From: Octopus sinensis
Lineage: Eukaryota
Reading direction: 5' to 3'
DNA length: 64,000 nucleotides
Assembly: GCF_006345805.1 (NCBI RefSeq)
Contig: NC_043005.1
Location: forward strand, 40,176,001 to 40,240,000
Each line of letters opens with the position of its first letter. Position 1 is the first letter of the stretch. Both the position numbers and the translations under genes were made by a program. The notes under the pieces were generated by a model. That model had not been told where the DNA came from and searched no databases. It saw only the letters and a program-made list of their open reading frames with translations. This document shows, in pieces, positions 1 to 13,282 of this stretch.

Positions 1-343
1 AGAGAGTGTGTGTGTGGATCATCATCCTTAAATTTATGTCTATTTTTTCCATATTGTCATGGGTCAGATGTCATACAATTCACTGCAAACAACTATACAC
101 TATGTGGTAGGCATGATGCAGTGCAAGGTTTAACACTAGCACCTGGCTTAAGAGCAGAGTCCATTTGGATACAAGCACCTGCATGAAATGTCAAAGTCTG
201 AGGCTATTTTCTTCCCTTCGTCCCACCTGTTTGGGAAGCTCTGAAGAAGATTGTAGGCTCTGCCTTTCCTCTTCGGACAAAACCATAGAAATATAAAAAT
301 GTACAATTGAAGAGATTATAGGTTTAGTGTAACGTTTTCTTAC

Positions 344-439
344 CTTTAGAGCCTTCACAGCTTGAGAGCCACTATAATCAAACTCTCCAGCTTGACCAAT
401 AGACAGTCCACCACTGCCCAATACAAGTACTTTATTGAC
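344..439 (-). CDS. CPS1: CPS coding exon 12 ([32 protein letters not shown]), start of the synthetase domain; the gene continues beyond the left edge
   Basis: AG/GT-bounded, 96 nt; invariant [20 protein letters not shown] motif. Confidence 0.98.
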
Positions 440-546
440 CTGAATATATAAAAATAAAATGCTTGAATTAAACATGAAAATATTTGAGAGTGTTAAATAA
501 AATCAACATGTCTTCTGTATTTGGCAAAATTATTAAAATAGCATAA

Positions 547-790
547 TGGTTAGGGTGTTGCACTAATGATTATAAAATTGTGGTTTCAATTCCTGGACTG
601 GGTAGTGTGTTGTGATCTTGAGCAAAATACTTAATTTCACATTGCTCCAGTCCACTCAGCTCTACATGAGTTTCCGCAATAGCTGGGAAATTACAACTAT
701 AATGGACTGGCATCCTATTCATGGGGAGTGTTGTAATATCAGTTTCATCTAACATGGAATCCAGATTAAGCTCTGCCCTTATGAGTCCTA
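547..790 (+). mobile_element. tRNA-derived SINE, degenerate
   Basis: tRNA-like head (TGGTTAGGGTG...GGTTTCAATTCC B-box) followed by a body resembling the SINE at 45968-46244. Confidence 0.55.
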
Positions 791-1800
791 GGGCACATGA
801 CAGACCTAAACATTGTGCAGCAAAAAATCTGAAATGTAAAGCAAGGTACAACTAACTAGCTTAAGCTATTGCTGTAATATGCAATTGAACACACAAATAC
901 AAATACTGTATTTTTCTTCTTTTTTATCTCTCCATGGCTACAAAAAGGATTGACCTAACTGGTTTATGTTCCAATTGGGACTGCATCAGAAATGAAGTAA
1001 ACATAGCTTATTACTATATATAATGAATTTACTAAATCAGTTCATCTAATAATTTGGAATGCAAGATGTAAAGTATTGGTTGTAGCCGTCACTGAAATTT
1101 GTAATCAAATACAAGAAAAAAAATGTAAACTGACAAGAACAAGCTGATGTCAAGTGCAATGGTTTTGTTCTCACCAAATTTTTGAGAGCAAGGACCTACT
1201 AGTGAATTACAAAGAAGAGCATGTCTCCAGTAGATCTGGTTTTATAAAAACCACTAAAGAGGGAGAGAGAAACTTAAGAGGTTGGAGAAGGTTGTTCTTA
1301 ATTGTTGTCTGTTTCACTTTCAGATGTTGGAAGTAAGTGTGATAGGATAAAAGCTGGCAGGATTGGAGGGACTAAACAATGTCAGGTCAATAGTCTTGTT
1401 GAGTTGAAAGTGACTGGCAATGTTTTCGTAACTGGCATGCATGTGTACAGGGGGAGCAAGTCTGATATGGATGGAAAAAGATAGGTTTTATGTTGGGGTG
1501 TGTAGTTGGATAAAGTAAAAATGGAGGCATTTCAAGATGTTTTGTTGTACGATACAGTGTGATAGCAAGGGGCCATTTTTTTTAGTTTAAGTGGGGTGGT
1601 TACGGGGTGGTGTGTAAGATGAGTGGTTATCAGGAGAATATGAGTAGGGTTTAGAGTGGCATCTAGTCACTCCCCCCAAAAGCTACAAACTTTTGATTTT
1701 TGCACTATTTACAGCTGGATTCAAAGAGGATAGTCAACATCACTGCTTGTGTTCCCATTATCCTTACTAAATACTTTGATGTGTGAATGATTTTACATAC

Positions 1801-1896
1801 CTTTACAGGAGGTTGAGCTTTAGGTGCTGGTTTCAAAATATGGTACACAGAGGGCTGCTGAGTTTTGACAAGTTCAAGGAAATAGTCGAATAGGAA
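1801..1896 (-). CDS. CPS1: CPS coding exon 11 (FLFDYFLELVKTQQPSVYHILKPAPKAQPPVK), linker
   Basis: TTCAG acceptor and GTATGT donor, 96 nt; .LFD.F motif plus a short CPS1-type linker. Confidence 0.93.
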
Positions 1897-3585
1897 CTGA
1901 AATAAGAATTTAAAGATTATCATCATCATCATTGATGCAGAACAAACTCATAATGGATACAGCCCTTCCAATCAAAAAACATGTGCAACATTACCTTCAC
2001 AATTGAGTGACTGGCTTTTTTTTTTCAGCAAAGATAAACTGACCCCCACTAACAATTATGTTTCTGTTTCAACCTCACAGCTCTACATTCATGTCTCATC
2101 ATCACATGTTGTAACACTTCTCAGAAAGTTTTCATAAACATCCATACAGTCATTTCTGGATGACTGTCACTTAGTTCTCTATTTGGTCATCTCTTAGCAT
2201 AAGAGGTACAAATCTTGTGACAAATCAACGTTTTTTTTTTGTCGTTTTTTTCTTTTAAAATTATGTGGCATAACCCCTTACAGATACTTGCATCTTCAGA
2301 AACTTCACAGACAGTCAGGCAATGGTTTTTATGGATCACAACATGCACTTGAGCAAAGTAATTGTTGTTTATTGTCATGGGAACCATCCAGATTCAGAGT
2401 GATCTCAAAGATGATGTTCTTGATTTGAAACATCGTACTATTTGAGACATGGTATACAGTTCAGAAAATTTACCCCAAAACTTTCTTCCAATATGAAACA
2501 AAGTTTTGAACAAACATATTATTGCTTTTCCAAATCCTTGCCAAGTTAACTAAATATATGTTCACTTTAGCAAGTGCAGATCAATAAGTAAATGATGTGG
2601 CATGATGTGGTCCTTATTAAATTGAAGGTCAAGGTCACACATGAACAGTACTGGTGTCATCATCATCATCACTATTTAACCCTCTCGGGACACCCAGGCG
2701 AATTGGTTGGTCCAAGTGATACAAGCTGAAAGGACTTTGAGGCTGATCCGTTAACCCAATGGAATAAATGGTGTGAATGGTTGGTTTTGAAGTGTAATAG
2801 CTAATCAGAGATTGTCTTTCAGTAGATGTATTTCAATAGAAAAAATTTTTCGTCTTTTTAGCTACACATAGCAAAGCACCACGTGCCTCAAAAGTGTTAA
2901 ATATCTACTTTTCCATGCTTGCATGGGTCAGAAAGGCCTTGTTGAGGAAGATTTTCTACAGCCAGGAAGCCCTTCCTGTCACCAGCAATGTTCTGTTTCC
3001 AAACAAAGTATTATTTGGTAGACAGAAACTGAAAGAAGTCTATCATTTGTATCTATGTGCGAGAGTGTGCGTATGTGAGCTTGTGTATTTTTTTTTATAC
3101 ATTTGTGCTCTAGAAACATCAAAAGCTACAATCTATGTTATTGTTATCACTTCTGTCTGCTCACTTTGCATCTTTGAAGACAAACCCTTACTTGAAAAGC
3201 AGATATGGGTTAGCAACCTGAAGAGCATCTGGTTGTAACACAACTCATCAATAATACATTCATCACCAATGAAATATTTATGGTCACTGATGAACATAAA
3301 GATAAACTTTCATTTACCTGCTTTGTTCTATTATATATAGTTCACAGGACTATTACCAATGAATGTTGTGAATATGTTGAGTTACTGATAACAAAATTTT
3401 AAGTCAGAAAAATTAGGTAGAAGCCATTGTAACAAAAACAAAAAAAGTGGTTATGATCAGTGTAAGACTTAACTGCCAGACAAAATTCACAATTCAAAAA
3501 CCATAAAATAGCAGCCGTTATAAAGTGTTCCTACCAGCTGCAGACCTTAAAATAATGAAGCAAAGAACAACAAAGCAAAAATTAC

Positions 3586-3663
3586 CTCTGTATCTGTTGG
3601 ACCTCCCCAAGCTTCAGGATGGAACTGGGCCGTAAATATAGGACGTGATGTGTGCATAATACC
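3586..3663 (-). CDS. CPS1: CPS coding exon 10 (GIMHTSRPIFTAQFHPEAWGGPTDTE)
   Basis: AG/GT-bounded, 78 nt; QFHPE carries the triad His and Glu. Confidence 0.98.
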
Positions 3664-4903
3664 CTGAAAGAATAATAATTATAATAATGATGATGGTGAT
3701 GATGATGATGATGATAATGGGATGAAAGATTATGAGGAGGATGTAGAGGAAGAGGACGAAGAGTAAAGGCAAAAGGAAGAGAAAGGAAAATAATTTCTAA
3801 CATTTGCACAAGATCAAAAATTAGAAATGTTTTAATTATTCGCTATATGTAATTGGTGTTTGTTACATCATTTCTAGAAGGAAGCAACACAAACTGAAAC
3901 CCTGAAAGATGGATATATGCTTATGTGTACACATTATTACCATTATCATAATTTATGTCTTTCCGTTTTTTTTGCTGGCATGAGTTAGAGTTATCACAGT
4001 CCAAGTCAGTTCTTATTTAAAGTTACTGCTCTCCTAGATGGGTCAGAGGTCAACAACATACTTGTTCATTCCATTTTTTGCATAGTTTCTATGGCTGGAT
4101 GTCCTTCCTATCACTGACCCCTGGCAGAGTTTATCTTGAAAATCACCAGCGTAAATTACACAGGATAAGATCTGTTAAAAAAAGCTTCTACTCATGTAAG
4201 AGCTGCACCCAAAAGTTTTCAGAATTGCTGATATAGCCAGAGGAAAAGTTTTTCAATTTAGTTATATTTAGCATTATTTCACCTACATATAATTAGATTT
4301 TATTAAATAAGAATAATTTCTGTCTAACAGGTATCACATTGAAAGCTATTAAATTACAATTGTGTTGTTTATAATAAACTTCATTTTACCTTTCCTGCCC
4401 ACAAGAGATTATGTTCTATCTTTAGGATACTGTTGTATGTTTTTTTAAATCACGATCACAGGAAAAGTTGTTGATAAGAATTACCAACAAAAACAGAGCT
4501 GATAAATACATACAGGTGTTGCAAATTAAGTTTCATTACCAATAAACATCAGCTTGGATGACACTTTACTCAACTGACAGGGAAAGGTGACTGATCAAAC
4601 TGATTGTGTAAACAAAATTCTTTTCTGCCTATTCTCGTTGGAACCTTTGATAAGGAGTATTGAAATTTTAATCCCTTCCACACTTATTAAAATGTCAAAC
4701 AAATTTTAAAATTTGTCATTACCATTATCGTCAGTACAGGCAGAACTTATGAATCGTTTACTGCGAAGGAGAAATTAAATATATTGAATATGCATTTTTG
4801 AATGTAACAATAGAGCTGCCAGAAGGCATTTTAATTATTAATGAAGCCAATGTTCAAAATTGGCGTAAATAGTACCTAGTAATAAACAGACAAAAATAAA
4901 AAC

Positions 4904-5439
4904 AAACACTTTCATTATGCAAATTAGAGACTCCTTTATAGAGTAACTGCTGCATTTTTTGAGTATATAAACAGCTTAGCTGCTTGTTTCTTTGGAGACT
5001 GTCAGAATGATGTAGACACCTCTAATGAGAACTCAATAAGGTTTGAAAATTGATTAAGATTGTTCATCATTTTTTTTCAGTCTGCAGAGAAATGGCTAAA
5101 AATTGGCCCTGTTTATAATTATACCATATATTACATGTATAGTATATCATACCTTGATACTGTATGGACTAAGATCCCCTTTGACATGCCACTGGAATTT
5201 ATGGAGTGTTAAACACTTTCGGTATGCAAATTAGGGACTCCTACATAGAGTAACTGCTGCATTTGTAGGGCATATAAACAGTTTGGCTGCTTGTTTCTCT
5301 GGAGACTGTCAGAATGACGTAGATGCTTCTGATGAGAATGCAATAAGGTTTGAAAATTGATTAAGGTTGTTCATTGTTTTTAGTCTGTGGAGAAATGGAT
5401 AAGAATTTGCCCTGTTTATAATTAAACCATATGTTACAT
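4904..5439. repeat. Diverged direct duplication of ~230 bp (4904-5136 and 5211-5439, period ~307)
   Basis: Collinear shared blocks such as TATGCAAATTAG, AGAGTAACTGCTGCATTT and CAATAAGGTTTGAAAATTGATTAAG. Confidence 0.9.
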
Positions 5440-6744
5440 ACGATCAAGATTATCCATGTCATTACATTTTTTTTCAGTCAGGAATATCTGTATCACTATG
5501 TATATCAATAGTGTTCCACTGTGATAGGTAGAAATTCCAAGCAATGTAAAATATGGCCTGGACCGTGTTTAACAGCATGGACGTCAGACTTCAAAAAGGA
5601 GTTAAACATTTAATGGTTTTAGTAAATTTATACAGAAAAAGTAAGCATTATACCATCCAGCATAAATAAAAGTCAGTTTCATTATATCTAAGCCATTATT
5701 TTTTTCTGTAAAAACCTATTCTGACATTAAATGAGTCAACTTCCAGTATGAATGTTTACATTTTGTACTTTTTTTTCTACAAGAAAAATTCTGGAAATGA
5801 TCTACTCATGTAATTTACACATGCCCTAAAGTTTATTTTTATTTTTGCAAAAAATGTGCATAAATTACATAGGCTTTTATGGTAAGTTATCTTGCAACCC
5901 TATGAGACTAAGACAATGTTTCTCAACTAGATTTCATATGGCCCTTGGAAGTCCATATAAGATTTTTTTGTTAAAATCTATGTGCAATAAATTATTTATA
6001 CTTCTACAATACATAAAAATATTTTAACAACTTTTTAATACAATTTCTTATTAATATTTAATTATCAAAGTATAATATGATGTTTTAAACATTGAATGGC
6101 TATATTGGTCCATCCGAAGAAAATAGAAATCAAAAGGGATCCACAGGCAAAAATTGATTGAGAACTACTGGACTAAGGGGCCCTTTTTACTTTAGGGAGT
6201 TTCTGACATACAGGATTGAAAGTGTGAAAAGAAGAACAAAGAGAAGGAAGGAGGTGGGAGAGATGAGAAAAAGGAGAGAGTAATAACTACATGCTAGTGA
6301 TTGATAAGGAAGTGGAATAGAAGAACAACATGGGCGGCTAGACAGAATAGCAACAGATATGGTAATGGAAAGAGTGGTAAATATCAACAAAAAATCACAA
6401 GGGAGGGGAGGATCATGGTTCGTGGTGGTAGGTGACACAAATGGTTACAGGATATGGGGCAGCCTTAGTAACCCTCCTTGGTTATGCAAGCAGTGTGGTA
6501 TACTGAAAGGATATAGAATGAGAAGGAAATGAATAAAGAAAATAAAAAAGTAGATGGAGACTTAATAAAGTGAAGGCAAGGAACTCAATGAGAGTGTGTG
6601 TGTGTGTGTGTGTGCACGTATCAAAATACATATAAACACACACACATATATGTATGTATGAATACATACATACATGTACATAAATGTATGTGTACATACA
6701 TATATATTTACATGCACACACACACATGTATATACATACACATG

Positions 6745-7631
6745 TGTATTCCTGCCAAGAAGGTCTTTGGTTGGTCGTGCAACCATTTATGCCCTGCTTC
6801 CTTCACATCTTCATCCATAGGAAACTGATGACCTCATAGACCATCTATGAGCAGGCCAAGGATACGACAGTTGAAAGGGGCGAGATCTAGGCTGTAGACA
6901 GAGTGTTCCAGCACCTCAAATCCCAATTGATCAATGGCTTCAACAGTCTGGGTGGCCATGTGTGGGCATGCCTTTTCATGCAACAACAAAACTTTCTTTG
7001 ACAATAGGCTTCAGCGTTTGATGCGAATTGCTGACCAGCAAAGCACTGTATCTTGCACTGTTGATCATACACCCCTTTACCAGGTAGTCTTCCAGTATAG
7101 GCCCTTTTGAGTCCCAAAAAAGGGTTAGTAATTTCTTTTCCATGGAAGACTGAGTCTTGGATTTCTTTGTCGCTGGTGAGCCAGAATGTTTCCACTCTAT
7201 GCTCTGTCTTTTGGATTTTGCCTCATAAAGATGGACCCCTGTTTTATCTCCTGTGACTATTCTGCTAAAAAATTCCTTGCAATCAAGTAAGTGTTGGCAG
7301 ACCTCAAGATGTTTGTGCTTGTGCTCTGCAGTAAGTTCTCTTGGCACCCATCTTGCACAGACTTTATGGAAGCTGAGCTCATCATGGATGATTTGATAGG
7401 TAGAACCATGACTAATCAGATCACTGCTCTTTGTTCTTCTTTGGTGCACATTGCTTGTGAAGCGGCCATGCTTATATTATAAAGTCAGAAAGAAAAATGG
7501 TGCGATCAGGCTTAAAATTTGATCACGTGATCACAATTTTACCACCTATAAGCATGCATGTGCAGAAGGCAGTGTGACAATAATAAAGATATGTTATGAC
7601 AAAAGTGTGGATAATTTTTGACTTCCCCTCA
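6745..7631 (-). mobile_element. Mariner (DD34D-type) transposon remnant with frameshifts and stops
   Basis: WVPREL and IVTGDKT in ORF 6976-7449; YSLDLAPF near 6880; DEDVKEA..KWLHDQPKTFLAGIH; 5' TIR TGAGGGGAAGTCAAAAATTATCC next to TA at 7632-7633. Confidence 0.92.
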
Positions 7632-8285
7632 TATATATATATATATATGTAACAGCTAAATACTGTATAACATTATTTTTCTACTTTATATGTGAAACAG
7701 TTTCATAAATGTCTACAATATTTCGCAGATATCTTCAGTGATAAATGTCAAAATTAAGATTGATTTCAAAGAACAGCTTGGACAGATTTTGTAGTGTCAT
7801 AAAATCACTATGATATGAGTTGGATATTTCACCAATATCACACTTGACATGGGATTAAGTGGACCAAAATGTATTTATGAATCATCAATATCAGTAAGAG
7901 AGTCGTATTAGGGTAAGTCATAGAAAGTAGACCAATGATGGAAAAAGTCAACCCATCAACCCCTATTATAAGCAATAGTTTGTCTTCATGCAAAAACACT
8001 CAACTTTTAACATAACTAGCAAGTTTTTCATTATCTTGTAATGTGTGGTTCAAATCTTCACATGAGTTTTAATTTGAAAAAAACTTGTTCCAATAGGCTA
8101 CCTTTTCTAAACACATTACATAGCAAAAAGGATTAAAGTCATGTCTCACAAACACACAGGATTATAGGATACAGGCTTAACTATTAGAGTCACTTGTCTA
8201 CTTTTTTGTGTGTCTCTATCCTCATGAAAATTCTTTTTGTAGTTCATTAGTTGTTTGGATTGGATTTTTCATTTATTAAACTAAC

Positions 8286-8427
8286 CTCGTTACTTTTGTC
8301 ATTGGCATTGACAAACAAAACTTTCCAGTCTTCTGGCAGAGAATTACTATCAATGGCAAAGCCATGGTTCTGTGATGTGATAAATGCCTGGTTAGTTAGA
8401 ACATTCACAACAGGTTGGTTATGGCCA
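8286..8427 (-). CDS. CPS1: CPS coding exon 9 (GHNQPVVNVLTNQAFITSQNHGFAIDSNSLPEDWKVLFVNANDKSNE)
   Basis: AG/GT-bounded, 142 nt; GHNQP and SQNHGFA motifs. Confidence 0.98.
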
Positions 8428-10077
8428 CTGAGAGATACAAAACAAAAAAAGAAAATAAAAAAAATGAAACAACAAAATCATAAAAAGGTACAGTGCATGA
8501 ATGACTGAAAGAAAAAGAGAGAAAGTGCAAGTGAGAGTGAGGTTTAGATGAAGGACCCAGCTCCAAATATTGGTTTGAAACTTTTTGGCAGAAGGCAAGC
8601 AATTTCAGGGAGTGGGTAAGTTGATTACATCGACCCCAGTGCTCAACTGGTAACTTATTTTATTGATCCCTCAGGATGAAAGGTTAAGTCAACCCCAGTG
8701 GAATTTGAACTCAGAACGTAAAGATGGATGAAATGCTGTCAAGTGTTTAGCTGGGCATGCTAATGATTCTACCAGCTTGCCATCCAGAATCAAATATTAA
8801 TCTCTACTTGTAGTAGCACATCAACATATATTTGTTTATTTATCAATTTCAGTGATTATTGATTATGGAATCAAAATAGAAATTATTTGAAACATAGAAA
8901 CCAATTTGAAACCAATTTCAGTAATTATTGATTATGGAATCAAAATAGAAATTATTTGAAATGCCACTCAGCTAAAATTTCATGCACATGTATCTTACAA
9001 CCTATCTCCTTGTTGCCAGCAGGGGCGATTATTTTGATTACTATACTTTTAGAATATCTGTCTCCACAACTGAACAAGTCACCTAGGTAACAAAAGCTAC
9101 CAACTATTTTTATGGCAGCTGTTTCTGCTAATTGATCCTGCTTTCATTGACAATGAGAAGAAAAAAGGTTTGTATATTTTGCTTCAAGAGGTTGTGGAAT
9201 AAAGAGAATATTTGAAGGAGAGAAAGTCTACCCAAATGAGACCTATCAGAGGAACCAGGTCTTAAAGTTGACAGCTGCAGGGTTGAAAGGACAGTTAAGG
9301 ATATGAAGTAAAGAGAACAACTGGACCATCAGGAATAGTTGCTGCAATGCTGAAAATTCCTTGCAAAATATTATATACGATAGAATATATCATAAAATGT
9401 CAATTGCATGGTCAGTCATATACAACAGAGAAATATCATACCCAATGACTGACAAAGCAGCATCCTCATCAACAATAATAATAAAAACCATAACAATAAT
9501 AATACTGCTTGTAAGTTTTGGCACAAGGCTAGAAATTTTAGTGGTGGGGTAGATAAATTAGGCCAACACACGGTGCTCAACTGGTACTTATTTTATCAAC
9601 ACTGAAAGGATGAAAGAGCAAAGTCAACTTCAGCAGAATTTGAACGCAGAGCATAAAGACATGAAATGCCGCTAAGCATTTTGCTCAGCATGCTAACAAT
9701 TTTGCCAGCTCACCATATTAATAACAAAAAATAATATTAATAATGGTTTCTAATTTAAGTAAGAAGACCAGTAATGGGGGTTAAGTTGACTAAATCAACT
9801 TAGTATTTGATTGTTACTTAATTTTATTGACCCCTGAGGAATGAAAGGCAAAGTTGAGCACAGTGGGATTTTAAGTCAGAATGTAAAAAGTTGTAACAAA
9901 TACCATAAAGTATTCTATTCAACGCTCTAACAACTCTCCCAAATCATAATAAATGTTTAAAATGCAACAAAAATAACACAAAATAATCAAAACATACAAA
10001 TGGATGTTTGGTGTTGAAAAGAAAACAAATTTAATTCATAAGTTAAAGGGTGAAGTATGAAAACATTCACATCTTAC

Positions 10078-10184
10078 CGATTTCCAAGTGCCAACTTATA
10101 AGTCTGAGCACCAGCCGCTAAAGCAGTCAGTTGGTTTCCCATACAGATTCCAAAGAGTGGCTCTGGTCTATTTTGCTTCAGGAA
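10078..10184 (-). CDS. CPS1: CPS coding exon 8 ([36 protein letters not shown]), carrying the catalytic Cys
   Basis: AG/GT-bounded, 107 nt; FGICMGNQ nucleophile elbow with TGT (Cys) at 10143-10145. Confidence 0.98.
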
Positions 10185-10443
10185 CTGCAAAATTATAAGA
10201 AACAGATTAACATTTTAGAGAATAAAAGTTAAACATTGTAACAGTCCCAACACATGACATGACTCCAATTACACACAAATCTCTCTCTCTATATATATAT
10301 TTTTAAATATATGTATATAAATAAAAAGAGAGAGAGAGAGTCTCAAAGACTTTCCCATTTTCCCCAAGTGTCAAACTAATACAACTTGCTTATTGTTCCC
10401 TCATTTGTCTCTGCCTTTTATTTTTTTGTACATTTGAACCATA

Positions 10444-10752
10444 TATTGGGTTGGCAACTAAGTTCCTGCCGTTTTTTTAAATTTTGGAATTTATTGCATT
10501 TTTAAATTTTGGAATCTATTTTTTCTGAGAATTCTATTTTTGAATCATTTTGGAATCTAAATTGTTCCTTTTCTAGTTAATTTTAGTTAATTTTTGTTTA
10601 TTTTCAGGTCATTAAAATGGAATGTCAAGTTAAGAAAAATGAGCATTTTCAACACCTCCTTCTTTTTGCTTTTAATCAAGGTTCTAAAGCCGCAAAAGCG
10701 ACTCGCGACATTTGTGCTATGTATGGTGAGGGTGCCATAGCTGAAAGAACCT
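10444..10752 (+). mobile_element. Mariner 5' fragment (TIR plus transposase N-terminus MECQVKKNEHFQHLLLFAFNQGSKAAKATRDICAMYGEGAIAERT)
   Basis: TA-TTGGGTTGGCAACTAAG TIR; ATG at 10617; helix-turn-helix region typical of mellifera-like mariners. Confidence 0.85.
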
Positions 10753-11651
10753 GAATTTATCCATCAAGTTCAACAGGCCACTGATTACAATTCCAGAGAG
10801 TCCATGAGGTCAGTTGCAAAAGATCTCCATGTGTCAGAAGGAACAGTCAGAAATGTTGTCAATGAAGACATCATTTATAAGTCTTATATGATGATGAAAG
10901 GTCAATTTTTCAGAAAAAGCAACACAAACTCACTACATTAGATCTAAAAGGTTTTACTCAAATGAGGAAAATTTTGGCCAAGATCAAAAAGTTAACAGAA
11001 GAAATGACAAATGGTTAAGTGCAAACCCTTCTGAAGTTCCAAGTGTTATACATACAAAATTTCCTGCAACTGTCATGGTTTTAGGGGTTGTCAGTAATGA
11101 AGGGCATGTGATGCCTCCTTACCTCTTTCCACAAGGCCTTAGAGTTAACTCTGCCGCCTACATTGAGGTCCTGGAAACAACTGTTAAACCTTGGATAGAC
11201 AATGTATGCAATGGAAGGCGATATGTGTTTCAGTAAGACTCTGCACTATCATACATGGCTCTAGTAACACAGGAATGGATGGCTGAAAATTTTCATGATC
11301 ACATAAACCATAACATTTGGCCTCCTAATCCCCCAGATCTCAATCCATTGTACATGTGGAGCATTGCTGAGAGAAGGTCAGTGAACATGCCCATAACACC
11401 AAATATTCTTTGAAAGCTGCCATAGTCAGAATAATGTCCAAACTGAACCAGGACCACTTGATTCGAGCATGTAAATGATTTAGATTCCATATGGAAACAG
11501 TTGTTGGAGCTGAAGGTGGCTTTATTGAATAACATTACAGAAAAGAAGGTTCATTTTTATTCTCATAGAATTTTTTGATAAATAATGTTATCTGTTGTTT
11601 TATATGTTTTTTATAAACATAAATCTGTCCTTAGATGCCTTATGCACCCTG
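10753..11651 (+). mobile_element. Tc1/mariner-superfamily (maT/DD37D-like) transposase 3' remnant
   Basis: SMRSVAKDLHVSEGTVRNVV, KFPATVMVLGVVSNEG, FQ*DSA, WPPNPPDLNPL and VGAEGGFIE*; terminal ATGCACCCTG TIR at ~11642-11651. Confidence 0.85.
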
Positions 11652-11660
11652 AATATTTTC

Positions 11661-11700
<40 letters not shown>

Positions 11701-11869
11701 TGAGAGAGAGAGAGAGAGAGGGGTTTTTTGTTAACCAACTCTGCACACAAAGTAGACCTGATTAAGAAAAGATTAATATCAATTCAAATATTGCAAATAA
11801 GTTGTCATTTCTACCTGTAATTTTCAAGTTTTATTTGGAACTGAAATAAAACAATAAATGCATCCTAAC

Positions 11870-11998
11870 CTCTTTCAGATATTTGATTGTCTCTGTGCTC
11901 ATTGTTGGGTCTCCAGGGCCATTAGAAATAAATAAACCATCAAAAGTATCTTGAGAAAAATCATAATCCCAAGGGACCAACTTTACTTCTGCTCCTCG
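11870..11998 (-). CDS. CPS1: CPS coding exon 7 ([43 protein letters not shown])
   Basis: AG/GT-bounded, 129 nt; SNGPGDP oxyanion-strand motif. Confidence 0.98.
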
Positions 11999-12199
11999 CT
12001 GAAATTAGATAAAGAGTGTTTTGTTGATTATCTGACACTGTTGTTAGATGCAAAAATACAACATTAGCAGCATTTAAAGTTATTTTTTATTATTTTTTTT
12101 TTTGTAATGACTAATTATCTTCTCATGATTTGAGCGACAAATACCATCCAGAAGATGAATTCAAATGATTTTTCTATCTCCAGAAATTATATGATCAAT

Positions 12200-12620
12200 A
12201 ATATTCATCAATAATGATGACGACATGTCTCTCATTTACTTGTTTCAGTTGTTAGACTGTGGCTATGCTGAGGCACTGACTTGAAAAAATTTTTTTTAGT
12301 CAAATGAATTTTTAAGCCTGGTACTTATTCTATTATTCGCTTTTGCTGAACTGCAAAGTTACAGGGACATAAACACTCTAACACCAGTTGTTGAGTGGTA
12401 ATGTGTGTGTGTGTGGATGGGTGGGGAGCAAGCACAGACATACACGCAAACACATATATAATGGGCTTCTTTCAGTTTCCATCTACCAAATCCGCTCACA
12501 AGGATTTAGTCAGCTTGAGGCTATAGTTAGAAGACACTTGCCCAAGGTATCATGCAGAGGGACCAAACCTGGAACTATGTGGTTGGGAAGCAAGATTCTA
12601 AACACACAGAAATATCTGTG
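12200..12620 (-). mobile_element. tRNA-derived SINE (same family as 23623-24039), degenerate
   Basis: Reverse-complement matches to the family blocks (TTTCAGTTTCCATCTACCAAATCC, GACACTTGCCCAAGG, TTTGCTGAACTGCAAAGTTAC). Confidence 0.75.
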
Positions 12621-13192
12621 CCTTAAAAAGTGAGATGCTTACAGCACCTAAGTTTCTCAAGTACTATCTAGGCTTGATGTTACTTTACTTCAGAAATTGG
12701 ACAAGAACCAGTGCATTCAACATATAGCCACAAGCACTTGTTAAAAAATCCCTAAAATTTTGAGTGCAAGAACCATAACTAACTGAACATAAAGCAGAAT
12801 TGTCATATCTACATTATTTCATTCAGCCCAAAACACAAACAAATTCATTTCAGTCAAAGATTATTTCCGTTATATTGAAGGGCTGCTTGATTAGTATTCA
12901 ATATGATTATCCAACGACCAAAATGGTTTCCAAGTACCAATACTCCCAGAAGCAAATCAGTGGGATTTCAGTTCACTAAACCATAGATGAGTAGCTACAA
13001 CTTATTGTGGTTAAGAAGCAGGATCACTGGTTAAGTTGAAATATTGACTTCATGTCTTCTTCTAAGCTGGGATTATTCTAGATAGAGACACTTTTTAACC
13101 ATTTCTAAACACTGCATGATAAATAGTGCTCCTTGTGAGTAAAAAAATAATGAATACATACAGAGAAGATAAAAACTTTGAAATATACTTAC

Positions 13193-13282
13193 TTTGATCA
13201 AACTTCTAATCATGTTGTGCTTAATGCCACAATCAACAGCCAGAATCTTATAAGGATTCCCTTTTCCATAGTATTTTACTAC
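13193..13282 (-). CDS. CPS1: CPS coding exon 6 ([30 protein letters not shown])
   Basis: AG/GT-bounded, 90 nt; DCGIK.N.IR motif at the start of the glutamine amidotransferase domain. Confidence 0.97.

Noticed and set aside
191-475. 94-aa ORF as a standalone gene
   Set aside because: Only 344-439 is CPS-like and splice-bounded; the rest is intron read-through.
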